Shown here in pieces: positions 59,341 to 64,000 of a DNA stretch of 64,000 nt. Location: NCBI GenBank assembly GCA_964187785.1, contig OZ076409.1:52516001-52580000 (forward strand), given 5' to 3'. Every line of letters begins with the position of its first letter. Within the stretch, counting starts at the first letter, position 1. Made by a program: the position numbers and the translations under genes. The DNA is from Amphiscolops sp. MND2022 (taxonomy: Eukaryota). Below the pieces are notes generated by a model. That model was given only the letters and a program-made list of their open reading frames with translations, ran no database searches and was not told the DNA's origin.

Positions 59341-62300
59341 TCATCTTCCGTGACGATATCTTCTACTCCACCACTCGCAGCGTCGTTCCACTTCCCATAA
59401 AATAGTATACAAGTCGTCTTGCGGTATTACTATCTCATCGTCAGGCTGTAATTTCTCACCGGAATGATTGTCCTGTACGGACGTATCAGGTACGAATTCT
59501 TTTAGTCTGATTCGGTGTGGTATTTGCGTTTTATTGATATTTACTCGACGCACAAAACAATTTTCGTTTGACAGGATTTTTTGAATGACAAAAGGGCCAA
59601 TCTACCGATACTCTCTGAATGGAATTTAGCTTGACTGTCAGCTTCAGGTTGTAGGATAAAACAGTAATCCTTTTCTTTAAGCGGAACAGCTTTGGCTTTT
59701 CGGTCATAATAGTCCTTGTACTTCAGGTGCGACAGCATAATGTTTTTCTTTGTTTGGTCAATGAGGGTTTTTGTCCTCTGTTGTACGTCCGCAAATTCAG
59801 TGGTTGGCAAAAAGTTTTTATAAGGGTTAACCCTTAATTTATGATCCAGGACATTGTGGGGAATACGTCCATGAAATATTTTGCTTGTCTCGCATCCAAT
59901 ACTTGAATGATATGTAGTATTATAATTGAGCACAGCTAGTGGCAGGTAATTATGACATTGGCGTCGATACTCCCGTGAGGCCATTTTCAAATTCGTTTTG
60001 TGAGAGGGATGCGTCATTTCCAGTTTGCCAATTGTTTGCGTGTTTAGTAGTAGCACAATTAAGTGTTATGCCCAGAGTTTGGGTAGTTTCCGCTAAAATC
60101 GTTGAAGTAAATGCGGACCCTTTGTGATGAGTGTTGTTGCCAAATTTGAAAGTTTTGTCATGATTTCATTTGACACCTTGTCTACATTTGTGGCTGTTGC
60201 CTCAGTTAGCGGGTAGGCAAACAAGTATCTTGAAAAAACGTCAATTGCTGTCATCACTGTCTGGTAACCGCCACTGGTAAGTAAATTTGGTAGTAAGTCA
60301 ATTTGTATGGCATCCTCTGGGCCAAGGTGCTTTTCAGGCACATTAGGCAATTCAGGCGTTATCGCGTTGTTTAGGACACGTTTGTCCTTGGCACAACCTT
60401 CACAGCCTTCAACACACCTCTTTACATGTTTTGCAATCCCTGGATAGTAATATTTTTGGGAAATTTCTTTTAGCATTTTAGATACGCCAAGGTGTTTGTG
60501 TGCCGTGCCATGTAGTGCAAGTAACAATTCGTTTAGCAAGTGTTTGGGCAGTAGTATTTGATGATATTTAACTTGACCAGTTTCGTTACTTTGTCTTTGA
60601 GGACTATTCGGTCTTCATTCTGGATTTTTGCTTTGAGCTGGAGTTAAATGGGACCTCCAGTTTGCTCCAATAGTATCTGATTTTCCTGATTTCGACGTCT
60701 TCTCGTATTTTTAGGATCAATTTTTTGTTGGGATCCATTTCCATACGAGACAGGTAGTCCGCTGCCGGGGTTTTTTGCCTGGGATGTGGGCTATGATAAA
60801 ATTGAATTGAATTACAGAATCGCAGGCGTTCCAGAGTGCCGGTGGTATATCTTTTGTCTGGAAGAACCTCGTGACCGATTTTTTATCTGTAAGGATAATT
60901 AATGGTTTGGGGGTTCCCCAGAAAAAATGTCCAAAGTCCTAGAAGGCGTAGTAGATAGCTAAGAATTCCATTGCATATATTGATTGACATTTTCAGCTGT
61001 GAAGGAGCAAAAGTTTTTGATCCATAGGCGATGGGTGCATTGAACTTTTTGACAGGAGTGAACTTTTGGTTTGGGTCGTCTACAGTCAGAATGGCACAAC
61101 CGGCTGCAATAAATCTGGCGTCTGACATCAGGATCAGTTGTTTGTTCGGCAGTGGTTGCTTTAAGGCCAGCTGGCTACACCTGTCAAGATCTTGACTCCG
61201 TGGTCACTAAGACTTTCTCGTCCCGTCCTTTTTAGGGAGTGAGAAGAAAGGCACCAGTTTTTCTGATTATCTTGGAATTAAATTCCTGTAGTAATTGAAG
61301 AAACCAAGATAACGTTGAAGAGCCTTCTTGGACTTCGAGAAATTTTTTTCGTTTCAAGAAATTGATGATTCTTTCCATTTGGGGCTTGAAACTTTCTGGG
61401 GTGACATTTCTTCTCAAGAAATTAATTTTAGTTGCTCCAAAATGGCACTTGTGCATGGTTCGTTTCAATCTCTGATGCATTCAATGGTCGCCCTCAAAGT
61501 TTTATCAAGTTGACCGGCATCGTTCGCTGCAATGCTGATATCGTCAACTCAGCCAGTCGTCTATAGGCGAAAGTCCTGCTTGCAAAATTAAATGCTAGCA
61601 TTTTTTGGACGTTCGGTCCGCCATTTGCAGCCAGTGGTAGGCCTGTGAACAGTCAAGTTTACAGAAAAGTTTCTTTCCGGCAATACGTTGCGCGGCTTCC
61701 GTCTGGGTACTGACTGGGTGGGTATTATTAATATTATCGTCTGATATAAGATTGTTAAAGTTCCTCAGGTCAACAGTTGTCTGAGTTTCCCATTGGGTTT
61801 TTTCTGCGCGAATATGGGGCTGGCGTATTTAGAAAATGGCATATTTATTAAGAGTTGTTATTATGCCATATTTATGAAGTGATGCTAGCTCAACCAGTAT
61901 GTCTTCTTTTAGATTAATCGTGGTGGGCAAACTTTGGCTATATGATGGTAAATCGTCCTTTGGGGTCAATTTGACAGTAAATTCTTCGTTTATCCCGATG
62001 TCAAATTTGTGACGTGCGAAGATGTCATGAAATTCTACCAAATGTGATTCAATTCTTTTGATCGCATGCTGTTGTAGCATTGAGTCTTTCCAGTCAAGGT
62101 TGCTGAAGAACTTGCGACGAAATTCTTCATTCGTAACTCCGGTTCAGTTTCTCCTCTTCTTGTAGGTTGCGTAATTCTCTGAGTATTCGTTTCTGTATAG
62201 GTGTATGAGCCTCTTCGTCTCCTGGCTTTCCAGGTGTCGGGAACCATTATTGCTCGTATTGGTCAATGTTTCGATTCGCTTTAAGAAGTCTGCTGATATA

Positions 62301-64000
62301 GTAGACGGTGTCCTCTTCGTTTTCGTTTAGTAAGTGCAAGGTGGACACTGGGTCTAATGGTCAGGCTTGTTTCATTTGTTCAGGAGTCATTACTGAATAG
62401 TTTGCGATGTGCAATCCCTTTTTAAGTTTGTAAGGTTGATCAGTGAAGTTATTGACGCGTATCCCCTTGGCCCCTTCATTTAAGGTGACTATTGCAGCGC
62501 AGAATGTTACGTCGCCTTCCTCATGTAAAAGGTCACTAGGTTGTAGTATCCCTGTACTCCATTTTAAGCATAGATCTGCGACTGCATTTTGACGACCGTG
62601 TCGTCGTTTGGCGGAATTGTCACGTCATCAGGAGTAAGTAGGGGCTCCATTACGTTCGAGTACTTGTGATCAGCCGTTTTCAGTTGAATTGAGAAATGGA
62701 GAAAATTGAGGATACCTTGGCGCATTTCCAGGACTGTATGGTTCCTTTGAAGGAACATTAGGCCAATTATGGGACTGGCCAGTTTCCCCATTACCATGAA
62801 GATTTCATGGAATTCAATGTCTCTCACTTCGAATTTTAATTTGACAGTGCTTTTGGGGGTTTTTCCATTTGCGACCATTACTTGAAATGATGGAGCAGGG
62901 CCTTCTTTGACTATGGATTGAGGAGCTAGTAGGCGTATTTTCATGAGGTCTGCTTCAGGTTTTGCACTGGAGTGGGCCCCAGTGTCTATCAAGCCGTCTA
63001 ATGTTAGGTCTCTAAAATCCATAGGGAAATATAGCATCCGCCGTTTAAATTTGAGGCCTTTAGCATTTGAATTGTAAATTTGCTTTGTCGTATAAATCGT
63101 TGTTCCAATACGGATCCTTTCCGTACTCGGGGTCAATGTATTGAGGGTTATAGTCTTCGATCAATTGCAAGGGGCGAAATTGAGTTTCAAAGTCTTTGGT
63201 ATAGTATTTTTCATAGTATGGGCCTGGGCGATCATTATGTACTATTTTATAAGTCTTGATGTGGGCTTTCTCTATCTGTTGCTGCCGGGCAACGAACGGG
63301 GTGCCATTGGTGTCTTTAATAAATTGGCGAAGTTTGATTGTTGGAGGATCTGATTTGACGTATTGTCGAACTGACATGTAGTCATTTATTTGGCGTTGTG
63401 GAAAAATTAATTTTTGGCTCATGCTTTTTGGAAGAGGATTCGTCTGAGGTGGACATTTCTGTGTTGTTAGACATATTTGATCTTTCTTCATCGTTTGAGT
63501 CGTCATTGGTTTTTTCATTCTTTCGAGTCCTTTTGGGACGTAGATGAGCTCCAGCGCCTTGTCAACATCTTTCTGTTGGGTGATTCTTTTTCCCACGAGT
63601 TTCACATGGTGGGTTTGTTTGGCGTTGTTTTTTTAACCCATTTCTGTCGTCCATTTCCTTTTTCTTCTTCAATTTTGGACGATTTTTATAGAAAAGGCCA
63701 GTTGCTTTACAGTAAGAGCATTGGGCTTTCTTGTTGGTGTCAATGCCATTGGAGAGCAAGTTGCGGCTATTTGTAGACGCTGAGGCCAATATTGCAAAGG
63801 GTAGGTCGTCTGATTCCTCCAATGCCTTGAGTTCAACCTCTCTCTCAAGATGAGCTACAATCTTTTCTCCAGACGGCCATATTGACAGACCGTTTCATCT
63901 TTGGAGGAAGTTTAGCATACAAAAAGCTGTCAATTTTTTTTGCGTTTTCACCAAAAGCTGTTTCGGTGCCTTGGTTTAATTCTTCTAAGAAGTCAAGCAA
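59341..64000 (-). pseudogene. pol: Decayed gag-pol of the second Gypsy element
   Basis: Many ORF fragments colinear with the intact pol (PR 62564-63136, RT 61232-62080, RH 60883-61128, IN 59541-60539), broken by stops and frameshifts. Confidence 0.92.

Larger units (their letters stand above)
51704..64000 (-). mobile_element. Second, degenerate giant Ty3/Gypsy element (5' part beyond the window)
   Basis: Decayed gag (63477 to end) and pol fragments: LIDTGA, RT FARHKFDIG, RH, IN AIDVFSRYLFAYPL. Antisense accessory gene remnant, PPT AGGGGGAG at 53314-53321, and 3' LTR 51704-53313. Confidence 0.88.

Overview
AT-rich eukaryotic (animal-like) DNA dominated by transposable elements. The only recognisable host gene is the last large exon of a katanin p60-like AAA ATPase (KATNAL2-type, 5796-7384). 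The centrepiece is a full-length 19.2-kb Ty3/Gypsy LTR retrotransposon on the minus strand (25993-45226). It has a 5-bp TSD (ATTTG), ~2.2-kb LTRs, a tRNA-Leu-like PBS, gag and a -1 frameshifted pol. Between pol and the 3' LTR it carries an intact antisense 8-exon gene (~1051 aa, with a BED/hAT-type zinc finger). The element is covered by ~66 copies of one bipartite motif, GATG-N7-GATG, often at ~60-bp spacing and also inside pol linkers. A second, diverged and decayed Gypsy element (51704 to the window end) has a homologous antisense zinc-finger gene in the same position. My hypothesis (inference) is an element-encoded DNA-binding regulator or anti-silencing protein plus its cognate site array. 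The window also holds two solo LTRs containing the start of gag, a decayed Tc1/mariner element, Helentron/HINE-like repeats, a MITE, LINE fragments and a satellite-containing dispersed repeat. All counts and alignments were done by eye.
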